Below are positions 32,217 through 46,310 of a DNA stretch of 64,000 nucleotides, piece by piece. Location: assembly GCA_951406725.2 (NCBI GenBank), contig OX597828.1, forward strand, positions 73,780,001 through 73,844,000, given 5' to 3'. The translations under genes were made by a program, and so were the position numbers. How positions within the stretch are numbered: the first letter of the stretch is position 1; each line of letters opens with the position of its first letter. This stretch comes from Octopus vulgaris. Taxonomy: Eukaryota. The notes under the pieces were generated by a model that was not told the DNA's origin, made no database searches, and saw nothing but the letters and a program-made list of their open reading frames with translations.

Positions 32217-32775
32217 AATGCCCTGATGCAGTACCATAAATGCCCTGATGCAGTTCCAGGCAGTGGTTCTTGTCGCTTCTGATCTTAACTGATTGGAAGT
32301 ATTTTGTCTTGGTATAAAAGATGGACTGCAGCACATATTCTGCTCAATATCACAGATTTGCTTGTCAATTGTTTGACCATAACTAGCTGAGCATGTCCCT
32401 TTGTGGCTAATGGTGCGTGCATCTCTGATCACGAGCAGAAGTAGTAGGGGAGCATCATAGCCATGTGTTCGGAGCTATGTGGTTTGAATAATTCGCCTCT
32501 GTAAACATGGGTGTTTCGTACATCATCCTTGAATAACCCTTATTCCGTGACCTTTTGTGTAGGATGGACTACTCGACCAGCAGAAAACTCTGTCTGGACC
32601 CCATCTGCAAGGTCATGTGCTATTTACCTTGATATGAGATCATCATGTCGCGCATATATGGTTGTGGTGCATGTGCCTGGTGTACCCTTATCAGACGGGT
32701 AGTCATGATGGGTATACTGGGCTTCTAATATTTTACCCCTGTGTGACTTTGATGTCAAGCCCTTCTCTCGCGGTC
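32217..32775 (+). mobile_element. Family D repeat, copy 2, ending in (AAT)n
   Basis: Aligns to 1-467 (-) and 33399-33894. Confidence 0.8.
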
Positions 32776-32814
<39 letters not shown>

Positions 32815-32846
32815 GTTATTATTATTATTAGTAGTAGTAGTAGTAA

Positions 32847-32914
<68 letters not shown>

Positions 32915-32934
32915 AATGGTAATAAAAATAATTT

Positions 32935-33398
32935 AAGTGGCGGGAAGGATGATAATGACGTTGCCCTCCTGATACAGGAACGCCCCTAGTGATAATGGAG
33001 GAACTCCACTCTCCGAGATTTCCCTTAAACCCCACGAGTGCCCTCTCCAATTCCTTCTCTCCGACTCACGGGTCTTCACTTAGAGCGGTACCATCCACTC
33101 TTGCCATTTTCGCAACTTTCACTCACCTTTCAATAAACTCACTCTGGGACAGCACTTCCCTCTCCACTCTCAATTTCCTTTTCAAAGGAAACTTGAAGAA
33201 GTCAATGAGAGCTCTACCAAAGAGGAATGTATCTGTCCTCATGCCGTTCAGCCTTGTCCGCCAAACAAGCTCTTTCGCCACAGCCACCAGGCAAAGGAAA
33301 ACTGCCTTGCCTGCCCGATTGAAGGAGGGCGGTGGTGCAATCGTTACTAATGACTCGGCCGAGAGACGAATCCGACAGACGGCATTGCAGTACAAAGC
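32935..33398 (-). mobile_element. Tx1/L1-like LINE ORF2 C-terminal fragment
   Basis: VFLCLVAVAKELVWRTRL...KRKLRVEREVL..FIER; second copy at 30034. Confidence 0.6.
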
Positions 33399-33894
33399 AA
33401 TGCCCTGATACATTACCAAGGCATGCCCAGATGCAGCACCAGGCACTGGCTCTCATCGCTTCTGATCTTAACAGATTGGAAGTGTTATCGTGCACATGCT
33501 TTGTCTTGGCATAAAAGATTGGCTACAGATCTGTGCTCAATACCACAGATTTGCTTGTCAGGTGTATGACCTTAACCAGCTGAGTATGTCCCTTGAGCAG
33601 AAGTGGGAGGGAGCATCATAGCCATGTGTTGAGAAGGTGCCTGAATAAGGATTGAGAAGGTCCCTGAATAAGGATTCAACATCGTTAAACAATCCTTATT
33701 CAGGGACCTTTTGAACAGATATGAGCTATTCTACCTGAAAAAAATTCTAACCTACCTCCACCTACAAGGCCATCCGTTGTTTATCTTGATATGAGATCAC
33801 CATGTCGCGCACATATGGTTGTGATGCATGTGTCTGTGGTATCCTTATCACACTGGTAGTTATGATGGGTATACTGGGCTTGCACTGCTCTCTC
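33399..33894 (+). mobile_element. Family D repeat, copy 3, ending in (AAT)n
   Basis: Aligns to the other two copies. Confidence 0.8.
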
Positions 33895-33906
33895 AATAAT
33901 AATAAT

Positions 33907-33955
<49 letters not shown>

Positions 33956-33976
33956 TTAATTATAATAATGAAAAAA

Positions 33977-34007
<31 letters not shown>

Positions 34008-34011
34008 CACA

Positions 34012-34042
<31 letters not shown>

Positions 34043-34140
34043 AAGAAGAAGAAACAAGAAGAAGAAGAAGAAGAAGAAGAAGAAGAAGAAAAATAAAACT
34101 ACTGAAGAAGAAGAAGAAGAAGAAGAAGAAGAAGAAGAAT

Positions 34141-37100
34141 AATAAGATACACCGGGGGACGTTTAAGATGTAAGAACGATAAAACAGAGCTCCGAAATCT
34201 ATCCACAAACATCGAAAACAAAGACATCGTATGGAGCCAAAGATTTACTAACAAAGGATTGGACTGTATCCGAGTAAGTAATACTCATTCAAATTTATTA
34301 CTATTTTCGAAACGAAATTATGTATTTTGACTCGATATCATTTCGAAACGAAATTATGTATTTTGACTCGATATCATTTTGACTCGATATCCTATAAAAA
34401 CAACACATGTAAATATGCGTGGTACATTACGACCCATCAACACCAGATCATCCCCGACCCCAATCACCATGTACAAAGGAACTACGAAGAAATTAAATAC
34501 CACCGATATTATTCAACCCAAGAATAACAATCGGGAGGTACGTACTTTAAACTTACAACACAAAATGTACGAAAAACTACACGTGCAAAACAATGTGACA
34601 ACAGAAATGAACGGACCGGTACCCTACGAAAATGACAACCGTTAAAATAATGGGCCGGACGTTGTTCCTCATGTCCCGCAAATAAAACCCAAAAGACATA
34701 AATGGACACGTGAAGAATACATTTCTATCCTACACGCATACTTCACAGCAGTGCTCTACCCAAAAAATGAAAACAAAACAACACATACATATAAAATATA
34801 AAAGGAAAATAACATAAATATAGACTTGGATACAGCAATGAACCCTAATAAACTAGCTAACGTACGAAGATACATTCTCAACGCAAAAATATATCAGAAA
34901 TAGAAATAGAACATCTAAAAGAAAAAATACACTAGGAAAATGTAGATAGAAGCCACACAACAATGCCCAATAATATAAACACTGAAACAGTAAAACACGA
35001 AGACAAACGTAACGTTCCCAACAAACACGATGTAAACAAAAAACAACAAACCCAGACCGTAAGGATGCATAATAATACACGACAAACAGCAAGCCAAAAC
35101 ACGGCAAACAAACATATAAATAAGAAAGAAAGCGACACAAATCTAAAACCTGGAAACAAAGAAGGGGAGCCTAATGATTATGATAATATAAAAAGTAAAA
35201 TAATCAAAGAACTGAAAACCACAGAGCTCAAAATGGACCACTGACCATACCTCCCAAGAATCAAAATAGACGAAACAACAACACCAATTATAAACAGCAT
35301 AAACCTAGTCGTCACGGAACTAATAGCCACTGAAACAAAAAGCGATATCACTGAGCTAAATGACTTAGTATACGCAGCAGCCACTGCAACCACAAGAGAA
35401 GCTGGATACTCACTCAAACCCATCCAAACAGGAGTACCACCACCCAAACAAAGCCTGTGGATAAATAACATCCAAAACAAAATACAAAAAATGAGAAAAG
35501 ATCTGTCGATTCTTAATGAAATCAGTAGACAATCAACGCTACTGAGCAGCAAAAAGAAAGCAAAAATACTCCGCAAATATAACATCACAGAAAAAGATTT
35601 GCCGGAGATAAAGGAAAAGCTGAAGCAAGATATCCTTGCCAAAGCACAAAGGATCCGCCGGTACGAGAAACGCCAGCGCTTCTTTGAACAAAACAAAAAA
35701 TTCAAACTCCAACCCCAAAAAGTTCTACCAAGAACTGGGCAAAAATAAAATAGAAATCACTGCAGCACCAACGGCGGAAGAAGTGGAAGAATTCTGGAGA
35801 GAAATATGGTCGGCGAACGAACAACCAAAAAAAAGGAGTATCAAAACAACAAACTCAGCATCTGAGCAACTTCGGACCCCCATAACAACTGAAGAGGTCA
35901 CCCAGGCACAGCAAAGACTAAGCAACTGGAAGACACCTGGGCATGACAAGATCCCCAACTTCTGGTTGAAATATCTAACAGGAATGCACAAAAAGCTGGC
36001 TGAAAACTTTAACAACATACTAGCAGAGCCAGAGACCATGCCTGAATGGCTCACGAAGGGGAAAACCATCTTAATTCCCAAATCAAATGAGACAGCAAAA
36101 CCAGAAAACTACAGACCAATAACCTGCCTCCCTACAAAGTACAAGGCATTTACTGCAGTGATATCGCAAAGGTTGAACAAGCACCTGGACGAAAACAACC
36201 TGTTTCCAGAAGAGCAGAAAGGATGCCGCAAAGGCTCATATGGCTGTAAAGATCAACTAATGATTAATAAAGCCATAACTGAAGATAGCCACAGAAAGAA
36301 GAAAGGCATCAGTATGGCCTGGATCGACTAAAAAAAGGCGTTAGCATCCCCCACACATGGATCCTCGAAACGCTAGCCATTAACAAAGTAGCACCAACAA
36401 TTATAAAATTTATAGGGCACTCTATGAATAAATGGCAAACAGTGCTACAGCTCCAAACAAAAGAGGGACTCATGAAAACCAAAGTCATCCCCATTAGAAG
36501 AGGAATATTCCAGGGAGACACGCTCTCTCCACTCCTTTTCTGCTTGGCACTGTCACCTCTATCTGATATACTAAATAGAACTGGATGCGGATATAAATGT
36601 TACGGCAAAACGATCAGCCACCTTTTATATATGGATGATCTAAAACTATACGCTGCAAATGACAAACAGCTGGAAACACTATTAAAGACAGTTCATGGAT
36701 TTACCAAAGAAATAGATATGAAATTTGGCTTAGAAAAATGCGCCAAAGTAACCATGAAAAGAGGAAAACTAGTTAAGAGTAGCAACATCACACTAGATAA
36801 AACCAATGAAATAAAAGAATTAGACCAAAGCCAAACTTACAAATACTTAGGAATCCATGAACTAGATAAGACACAACACACACAAATGAAAGAGAAAATA
36901 AAAAAAGAATATTATAGACGAGTTAGATCAATACTAAAAATAGAGCTCAATGCTAAAAACAAGATAATAGATATTAACACTTTAGCTGTCCCAGTTATAA
37001 GTTACAGCTACAATATCCTTAACTGGACACTAAATGAACTGACCAAAATAGATAGGAAAACAAGAAAAATAATGACAGGATCTAGGATGCATCACCCAAA

Positions 37101-38280
37101 ATCTGACATAGAAAGACTATATATACAACGTATAGAAGGTGGTAGAGGACTTATACATCTGGAAAACTACTATAAAATAACCACCATAGGACTGCAAAAA
37201 TATCTACTTCAGAAGGAAGGAAAACTGATACAAATAGCGGCAAAACACGAGCAAAACAAAAAACTGTTCTCAGTATTTAAGGAAGCTGACAAATACAAAC
37301 AAGAAATCATACCACCTAATAAACATGAAGAAGAAGAAGAAGATGAAGAAACAACAAAAACTATAAAACAAATGAAATCCAAACTAAAAATAGAACAGCA
37401 ACGAACCATGATAAAACGATGGCAAGAAAAGCCCCTTCATGGTAAATACTGCACTAAACTAAACGCAAAAGAAATAGACAAAGAAAAATCCCAGCAATGG
37501 TTGAGAAGCTCAGGACCCAAAGCAGAAACAGAGGGATTTTTAATTGCAGCACAAGACCAAAGCCTCCCCACCAGAAATTACCAAAAACATGTAATGAAAA
37601 GAAATATTACAAGTAACTGCAGAATATGTGGAGATGGACAAGAAACAATAAATCATATTATCTCTAGCTGCCCAGGCTTGGCTAAGAAGGAATATATTCA
37701 CAGACATGACAGAGTTGGAACCTACATACATTGGAAGCTATGCCAACATTATGGAATAACAACAGAAAAAAGATGGTATAGGCACACACCAGAAAAGGTC
37801 ACAGAAAACGAGAAAGCAACCATACTCTGGGATATGCCGATACACACAGATAGAGAAATTAAGGCCAACAGACCAGATATAGTTGTCAGAGATCACGAAG
37901 AAAAAAATGCTTTCTAATTGATGTATCAATACTGGCTGATGACAACGTGTCTCTAAAAGAAATGGAGAAACTCTCAAAATACAAAGACCTGGAAATAGAG
38001 GTAACTAGAATGTGGAATCTGAAAACAGAAACAATTCCTATCATAGTAGGTGCATTAGGCATGATAAAAAAATATTCAGACAAATACATAACAAAAACAC
38101 CAGGACTTACAAACACATATAACATACAGAAAATTGCACTACTAGGCACTGCACACATCCTACGCAGAACACTTTCCATACAATAACCATCAGAGCATCA
38201 CAACAAATCACAGCACATACCCAAGGCACACAGAGCTGTGCTCGGTAGTGAAGTGAAAGCACGCTATAAAAATAAAACTA

Positions 38281-38283
<3 letters not shown>
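34141..38283 (+). mobile_element. Near full-length R4/Dong-type non-LTR retrotransposon in (AAT)n/(GAA)n
   Basis: Single long disrupted ORF, short 3' UTR, (AAT)n at 38284-38368; Dong elements are known to target (TAA)n. Confidence 0.9.
34690..38186 (+). pseudogene. RT + CCHC zinc knuckle + restriction-like endonuclease ORF with stops and frameshifts (including ~35241, ~35706, ~36330, ~37907)
   Basis: KWTREE, NYRPITCL, EQKGC, GIFQGDTLSPLLF, HLLYMDDLKL, YKYLG, CRICGDGQETINHIISSC, RHD, RPDIVV, EKLSKY. Confidence 0.92.
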
Positions 38284-38372
<89 letters not shown>

Positions 38373-39586
38373 GATGAGGGCCCACTATCTGTCAACAGTG
38401 TCCCATAATGTGTCATAATAAATGTGTTTCAGATGCCTTTGATTGTACTGTAGAGCGGGTGTCTGAGTGCATTGTAATCTATATCCATACAGAAATATAT
38501 ATATATATATATTTCATGCATGTGTATATGTGTCATGCATGTGTATATGTGTGTGTGTGTGTGTTTGTGTATAGGGTGGGATGAGTAAGTTTTTGTGTTT
38601 GTATTTCTCTCAATAACAACATTATTTATGATCTTATTAAGCTGGAGTTAATTTTAGCTGACATTTTGATTAAATATTTTATTGCATCGCATTAAATCGA
38701 AACATATTCAGCAGCAACACACCAAAGGTTACCAAGGAATCATCAGCTTTCACAAACGCACACACCGAAGAGAGTTAACACGCTAACCTTAACAGATACT
38801 ATGTTCCCGCGCACACTAAGCCATACTCAGACTAACACTCACACAAACAAATTTAACACCACAAGGAAAATTAATGCAAGGCGCCATTGTATGGAAATGC
38901 ACGCATATTACACCATTACATAGCAACACGCTTAGACATAAACACACATAGATATACACTCACATACACACAAACACCAAACACACACATACACATTTTC
39001 CACACTGATATAATGAATGAAAACAGTAGGTTACATAATCACACACATACACACGCACATTTAATATCACGACACAACAGAAATCGGTGTATTAAAAAGA
39101 AAACAGAATAAAATTGTAATAACAAAAAAGCATACACGAGATATTAATTTAGTTTTTAATGGTGTTAACAGTTCTTCGTTTACTAATTCAGTGTTAATTT
39201 AACACTTAAAATGTTTCTTTGGCTGATTTCTGCGCTTTTTTCTCATTGCAATTATTTGTTTGTTTTTGCTTCGTTTTGTTCATCTTTTATACTTGTTTGA
39301 GTAACAAGATTGCGGCCATGATGGGGACGCCGTCTCGCAGAATCTCAGGCGAACGAATCGATCTGCACCATTCGTATTTGCTTTGAAGCCTGGCACTTTT
39401 TCCACCGAACTTACGCTAAGTTACGGACATGTAAACACACCAACATCGGTTGTCAAGTGGTGGTGGTGGTGGGGGACAAACAGAGACACAAACACATACA
39501 CACACATACACACACATATACGCACACACGTACACACGTAACCGCTGCGCACACACTTTCCCTCACACATATAATATATATATAAG

Positions 39587-39754
<168 letters not shown>

Positions 39755-40040
39755 AACTTACTTGGAAAAGGATGCGTGGCGTTCGATCATATAATAAAAT
39801 AAATAATATATAAATATATGCATATATACATACATATACGTACATACCTACATATATATGTATATATACATGCAATTATGGATACAGAGCATAAAAAACG
39901 TTGAACACAATGAGAAACGAAAACATAAAAACAAAAACGTAGAAATGAATTTTTTTCGACCAACGATAAAAGCAGAGAAACGAGACATGCAACATAAAGA
40001 ATATTGTCCCTGTTGTCCCTGTTTCATCAACTCCATGTTT

Positions 40041-40112
<72 letters not shown>

Positions 40113-40222
40113 ATAATGTATAGATACAAGTAATCGGATAGCACTCATAAAAAGAGCTCCTTAATGTATCATTCTACAAAAAAGATATGAATCCGTCACC
40201 CATGGTACTGAATCCCTCATCG

Positions 40223-40905
40223 TTAAGTTAAGTTAAGTTAAGTTAAGTTAAGTTAAGTTAATTTTTTGGCTCAAAAAGCAAAAAGCAAGGCCATGTAGGG
40301 GGACATGGAGTTATGTACAGGGGTGTTCATGCAAAGAGTTCAGGCCATTTCTGGTCAAGAGAGACTTTGAACCGAGCGGTCGTCGGCATCTTCACTATCT
40401 CGTCCGGCAGCTTATTCCACGGATCCGCAACCCGGACAAGTCATTTATGAAGACTAAAAATAACAAGGGCCCAAGCACTGAACCTTGAAGCACGCCACTG
40501 TTCGCACTGGAGACGTCGGACAGCGAATCAATAACTTGTACTTGGAAGGCGCGATCTGAGAGGAAGGCACCAACCCATCGTACAATATCCGGATGGAAAC
40601 TATATGCTTGAAGCTTGACAATTAATAGGCGGTGGTTAACCGAATCAAAAGCTTTGGCAAAGTCCAATAAAACGATGTGAACAGCATCACCATCATCCAG
40701 GATACGCGTCACCAATTCTTCCATTACCAGTAAGTTGGTCAAGCATGATCGCTTCGGAACGAAGCCGTGTTGGGAATCAGAGATAGAGGCTGTGTTTTGG
40801 AGGTGGAGCATCATACTTTTCTTAAGGATGGTTTCGAACATCTTGCTTATTATTGAAGTAAGGGAAACCGGTCGGTAGTTAAGCGGGTCTTCGCGGCTCC
40901 AGGGC
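40223..40905 (-). mobile_element. CR1-clade LINE, truncated and internally deleted, with (TTAAC)n tail
   Basis: NYRPVSLTS, QHGF, DFAKAFDSV, SGVLQGSVLGPLLFLVFINDL joined directly to the WNKLP region at about 40437. Confidence 0.9.
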
Positions 40906-41220
40906 GCTGTGGTGTGACTTGGTAAGGACGTAATGAAACCATAAATCTGAGAACGTTGTGTGAAATTCTTGCTCCCGTCAGAGATGAGCAATTATGTAGA
41001 GACAATTTCGTTGAAATCTTATGACCAACGATGTTATTGTTCTAGAAAAACGGTATAAAAACAAAAGAATAGAAAAACAAGCTGAAATTTGCAACAGAGA
41101 TGATTTATTTGTCTGGTGCTGTTTTAAAACTGTCCTCCTGCAGACGCAGACGACCAGACAAGAGAGATATTTCGTATAAGACTCAAATAATACAGGAATT
41201 TAATGCTAAAAAGTTGTTTG

Positions 41221-41616
41221 TATCTCTCTCTCTGTCTCTCTCTCTCTCTTCTTTCTCTCTTCATCTCTATCTCTTTCTGTCTCTTTCACACTCTGTTTCT
41301 CTCTCTCTCTATCTATCTCTCTATCTATCACTCTTCCACTCTCCCTCTTCATCTCTATCTCTCTCTGTTACTTTCTCTCTGTCACTTTCTCTCTTTCTTT
41401 CTCTCTTCCTCTCTCTCTTCATCTCTATCTCTTTCTGTCTCCTTCACTCTCTGTTTCTATCTATCTCTATTTTCCTGTTTCTCGCTTCGACTCTATCTCT
41501 TCTTATCTTTATTAGTTTCTCTGTCTCTCTCTCTTTCTTTCTTCCTTCCTCGTTTTCCCTCTTCATCTCTATCTCTCTCTGTCTCTTTGTCATGCTCTAT
41601 CTCTACCTCTCTATTT

Positions 41617-41656
<40 letters not shown>

Positions 41657-41707
41657 CTCTCTTCCTCTTCCTCTTTTCATCCGTATTTCTCACTCTGCCT
41701 CTCTCTT

Positions 41708-41738
<31 letters not shown>

Positions 41739-41970
41739 TTCTTTCTCTCTTTCTCTATCTCTCTCTGTTTCTCTCTTCCTCTCCCTCTCTTCATCCGTAT
41801 CTCTCTTTCTCTGTCTCTATGTGTATCTGTCTTTTTACTCTATCTCTATTTGTCTCTCTCTCTCTATCTCTCATTCTATCTCTCTCTTTCTCTCTTTCTT
41901 TCTTTTTTTCTTCCTTTTTTCTCTCTTCATCTCTATTTCTCTGTCTCTCTGTCTCTTTCTCTCTCTCCCC
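41221..41970. repeat. About 750-bp CT-rich polypyrimidine low-complexity tract
   Basis: Directly visible. Confidence 0.9.
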
Positions 41971-42149
41971 CACTTTCGGTATATTTGTGCGTGTGTCTGC
42001 GTGTGCGTGGGTGTCTGCGTGTGTGTATGTGTGTGAGTGAGTGAATCTGTCTACGTTCGTATTTATCGAGTTTCCACGTTTCCTTTCATGTCAAAATATT
42101 TTAAAGTCGAGAATATATTTGTTTACCTTTACACAGAAAAGGCTAATAG

Positions 42150-42662
42150 TGACTTCATCACAGTATTATGTAGGACACTCTATAACGAAATCCGTCGGAA
42201 GCCAGAGTCACTCATGATGAAAAGGAATGCGGGTGGAGTGTCCCAGTGAAGACCTGAATAAAACGTAAAGCACGCTAGACCTGATATAATGATTTGAGAT
42301 AGAGAAGAGAAGAGAAACTGTGCACAGGTGTGGAAATTAGCTGCCCAGCGGATAGTAACATAAAGCTGAAGGTCAGTGAAAAAGAGACTACCTACGCTGA
42401 ACTATTGAGAAATCTGCAGTTACTCTAACCAGATTACAAATTCAGGTTAATACCTGTAATTATTGGGGCCCTGGGATATGTAATACGCTGCTTAAATACC
42501 AATCTTGAGAAATTAGGCTTCTAAAAACCAGAAAGGAGAAAGCTGATTCGAAGACTACAGATCCAATCCATCACTGGAACTGTAACAATCTGTAAAACTT
42601 TCCAGAAGTTTATCTTTTAAATATATATGTGCATGTATAGATATGTAACTATATGCATAAAA
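42150..42662 (+). mobile_element. 3' fragment of a second restriction-like-endonuclease LINE family, followed by (CATA)n
   Basis: KHARPDIMI..VEISCPAD..EKETTYAELL..IPVIIGALG..ICKTF*; (CATA)n at 42663-42883. Confidence 0.8.
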
Positions 42663-42776
42663 CATACATACATACACACATACATACATACATACATACA
42701 TATATACATACATACATACATACATATATACATACATACATACATACATATATACATACATACATACATACATACA

Positions 42777-42810
<34 letters not shown>

Positions 42811-43269
42811 CATACATACATACATACATACATACATACATACATACATACATACATACATACATACATACATACATACATACAAGTTCTTGGCTCTAAG
42901 GGTATCGTAAAAAGGCCTGGTTAGATGCCCAAATTTCCGAGTTCTTTTACAAGGCTTAGAAAAGCTGAAGTACCACTTCAGTGGCGTGCCTCAAGGTTCA
43001 GTGTGTGAATCTGAGAGGGGAATTTGTTGAATAAAATCATAATTAAGTGATCCTCCTGCATCTTCTTTTACTCAAAGCTAGGAACTTTTCAGCATTCCCT
43101 AGTATAAGTATACATATATACAAACACACACATATATATATATATACATGTATATATATATATATATATACATATATATACACACACATAGAGATCTAGA
43201 GAGATAGAGAGAGAGAGAGAAAGAGAAAAAAAGAGAGGTAAAGATAAATAATTTTTAAATTTTTAACTT

Positions 43270-43437
43270 TTAGATTTTAAAATTAATTTTATGTATTGGC
43301 TTATGATTTTCACTGTTTGATTTGCCTAGTAGTGGTTTTATCTCTAATTTAATATAATATAATATTTTACTATAAAATAGGATTTAATCCTAAATCTAAT
43401 TTTTCCCTGTAAGTTTGGATTTATTCCCTAATATTAT
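43270..43437 (+). mobile_element. 3' fragment of the hammerhead-bearing family at 63455-63690
   Basis: gatttaatcctaaatct..ttttccctgtaa.tttggatttattccctaatatt matches the reverse complement of 63460-63610. Confidence 0.8.
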
Positions 43438-43819
43438 TATTATTATATATATATATACATATACATATATATATGCACACACATACGCATATACGTATGT
43501 GCTTACTGGATCCCGTCATTCTACCTACAATGAAGACTGATCAGCTCGACCGACTGGATTACCTGCCCCTGAATCAACCTCTGTGCGGCTGTCCATTCTA
43601 CAGATCCATACAGCCTAAACATAATCCTCGGTGGGAGCTAATGTGACACAGCATATACAACAAGGCTTCTGTACAGTATTTATCTATCTATCTAATTATA
43701 CTCATAAGGTATGCGTCAACAGAAGTCATAGAAATTGACACGAGGCGGGATCGAACCAGGAATATCGTAGGTGCAAAACGAACTCGTGTGTGCGTATGTG
43801 CGTGTGTGTGTCTGCGTGC

Positions 43820-43882
<63 letters not shown>

Positions 43883-43921
43883 TGTGTGTGTGCGTGTGCG
43901 TGCGCGTGTGCGTGTGTGTTT

Positions 43922-43972
<51 letters not shown>

Positions 43973-44302
43973 CAGCATAGCTACAATCAAATGACTGAAA
44001 CAAGTAAAAAAGTATATATAATATAATATAATATAATATAAATGAATAATGATGTACAGGTGTCAATTTATTACGGCCGTTTCAAGCGACTCCTTGAAAA
44101 AAATCGCATTATGTGTGGGATGAAAAAAATTGAAAGCAACTGCATTACACATATACTGTGAGCTTCTTTCCATCTGCTGAGCCTACTCACAAAGCGGTGT
44201 AACTGAGCCAGGAATCACGTAGCGGGCAAGCGAGTTTCTTAATGAACTGTCACGCCTGCTTATTAAGAAATCAAATTATCAGACAGACCTACAGATACAC
44301 AA

Positions 44303-44403
<101 letters not shown>

Positions 44404-46144
44404 CAGACAGATATAAAGTTAGTATCAACACAAGGTTATGGAAAATGGCATTTGCCCAAACGTGCTCGCAAGGGTTTGCAAACCTAGGAACAACATGGTT
44501 TAAAAGTGTGGGCTTGATAAATTCACTCAGGAAGCATGTGGTGGCAGGAAGCCGCGCAACAAATTATGTCCAAAACCTAAGAAAAATGTGAATGACATTT
44601 CTTCTGATTGACTACCAAAGTCATTTACAAGGTTACAACGCTTTAACGAACTCGGGACAATAAGAAAAACACTTAACCACGAAGAAAGATCGAACTCAAA
44701 ACCACATAGTTACGAAACCAACAGCTTAACGACATTTCGAAGTCAACACCCACTGAAATCTAAGACTGTTTTCCGTGGTTTACATTTACCTCATTGAGAT
44801 TCTTAAATAATGCACAATAAATAATATGGTGTTTCTTAGTTTCTTCACTCGGAATGGAAATGTAATATTTGATTGGATAAAATTAGATTCTGCGCATGCT
44901 TATAAACGTTCGCTTCATCGGTTCCTGTTTCATCTTCGACGCCATCATTTTCAATTTCGGGGGTTTTTTTTCTTTCATTATGTCAGCAATTTTACGTCTG
45001 TCGCCATGCTACATTCAATCATGGGTCAAATACATAGACACACGCAAACACACACAAACACACACACACACTCACACACACACACACATGCACACACACA
45101 TACACACAAGCACATACACGCATTCACGCGTGTAACACACCCACGCAAGCAGCCAGTGTGTCTGCGTAATATATATATATATATATATGTACACACATGT
45201 AGATATGCAAGCATACACATATATACATATACAGACATATATATACATACATATATGTATACATATATAGATATATGTATGTATATATATATATACATAG
45301 ACATAGACATATATATATATATATGTATAGATATATATATGTATGCACATATATATGTATACACACACACATATATATATAGAACAGTTTCTGTTCTTTT
45401 CAATCCTTCATTGAATCCTTTACTACTCCCAGGTGTCGCTTTTCCTCGCGATCAAATCACGCCATGGATACACGCGTTCCATAATAAGTGGTCGAGAAAG
45501 ACGTCGTGACGTTGGTCGTAAAAAGTGTTTTATTGGAAATTAGGGGAATTAGGGAGAATGGTTCTCCCCGGCAGAGGAACTATGTAAACTTTTGCACGTG
45601 ATTGGGAAATAACACAAAATAATTGATATGAGTTTGATCAGAGAAAGGGACAGAAGCGGAGATAGAATGGTAATTTGTAGGGGTTGAAGAGAGCCATGGT
45701 TTTCTTAATTTGTTGAAATAAATGAAGCATCGATATGGCATCGCAGCGCTTTGGAGATCGAATCGTTCCAGTGTCGTTTCGAGAGGTTAAATATCATAGC
45801 AAAAAGCGCAGGTGAAATATCTTTTATCTTTTATTGTTTTAATATATTCAGTGATAAGACTGCAGCCACGCTGTGTGTGTGTGTGTGTGTGTGTGTGTAT
45901 TATCTTTAAAGAAGAATGTTATTTGACGATCTGAGTTCAAATTCCGCGAACTCGACTTTGCCTTTCACTTATTTGGGGTCGATAAATTAAGTACCAATTG
46001 AACACTGGGGTCGATGTAATCGACTTGACCACTCCTCCGAAATTGCAGGCCTTGTGCCAAAATTTCGAACCAGTGTGTGTGTTTGTGTGCGAGCGTGCAT
46101 GTGTGGTGTGTTGGTGTGTGAGGGGTGCGCACATATATTATATA

Positions 46145-46187
<43 letters not shown>

Positions 46188-46207
46188 AGAGAGAGAGAGA
46201 GAGAGAG

Positions 46208-46243
<36 letters not shown>

Positions 46244-46246
46244 GAT

Positions 46247-46310
<64 letters not shown>

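Noticed and set aside
34305-34391. 36-bp tandem duplication in the Dong 5' UTR
   Set aside because: Ordinary local slippage with no further structure; no HDV-like ribozyme could be fitted at the 5' end
41100-42044. 314-aa hydrophobic ORF that looks membrane-like
   Set aside because: It arises from a CT low-complexity tract that lacks stop codons by composition
42975-43005. SGVPQGSV-encoding snippet; also QHGF at about 56345
   Set aside because: Tiny LINE RT remnants, too short to annotate
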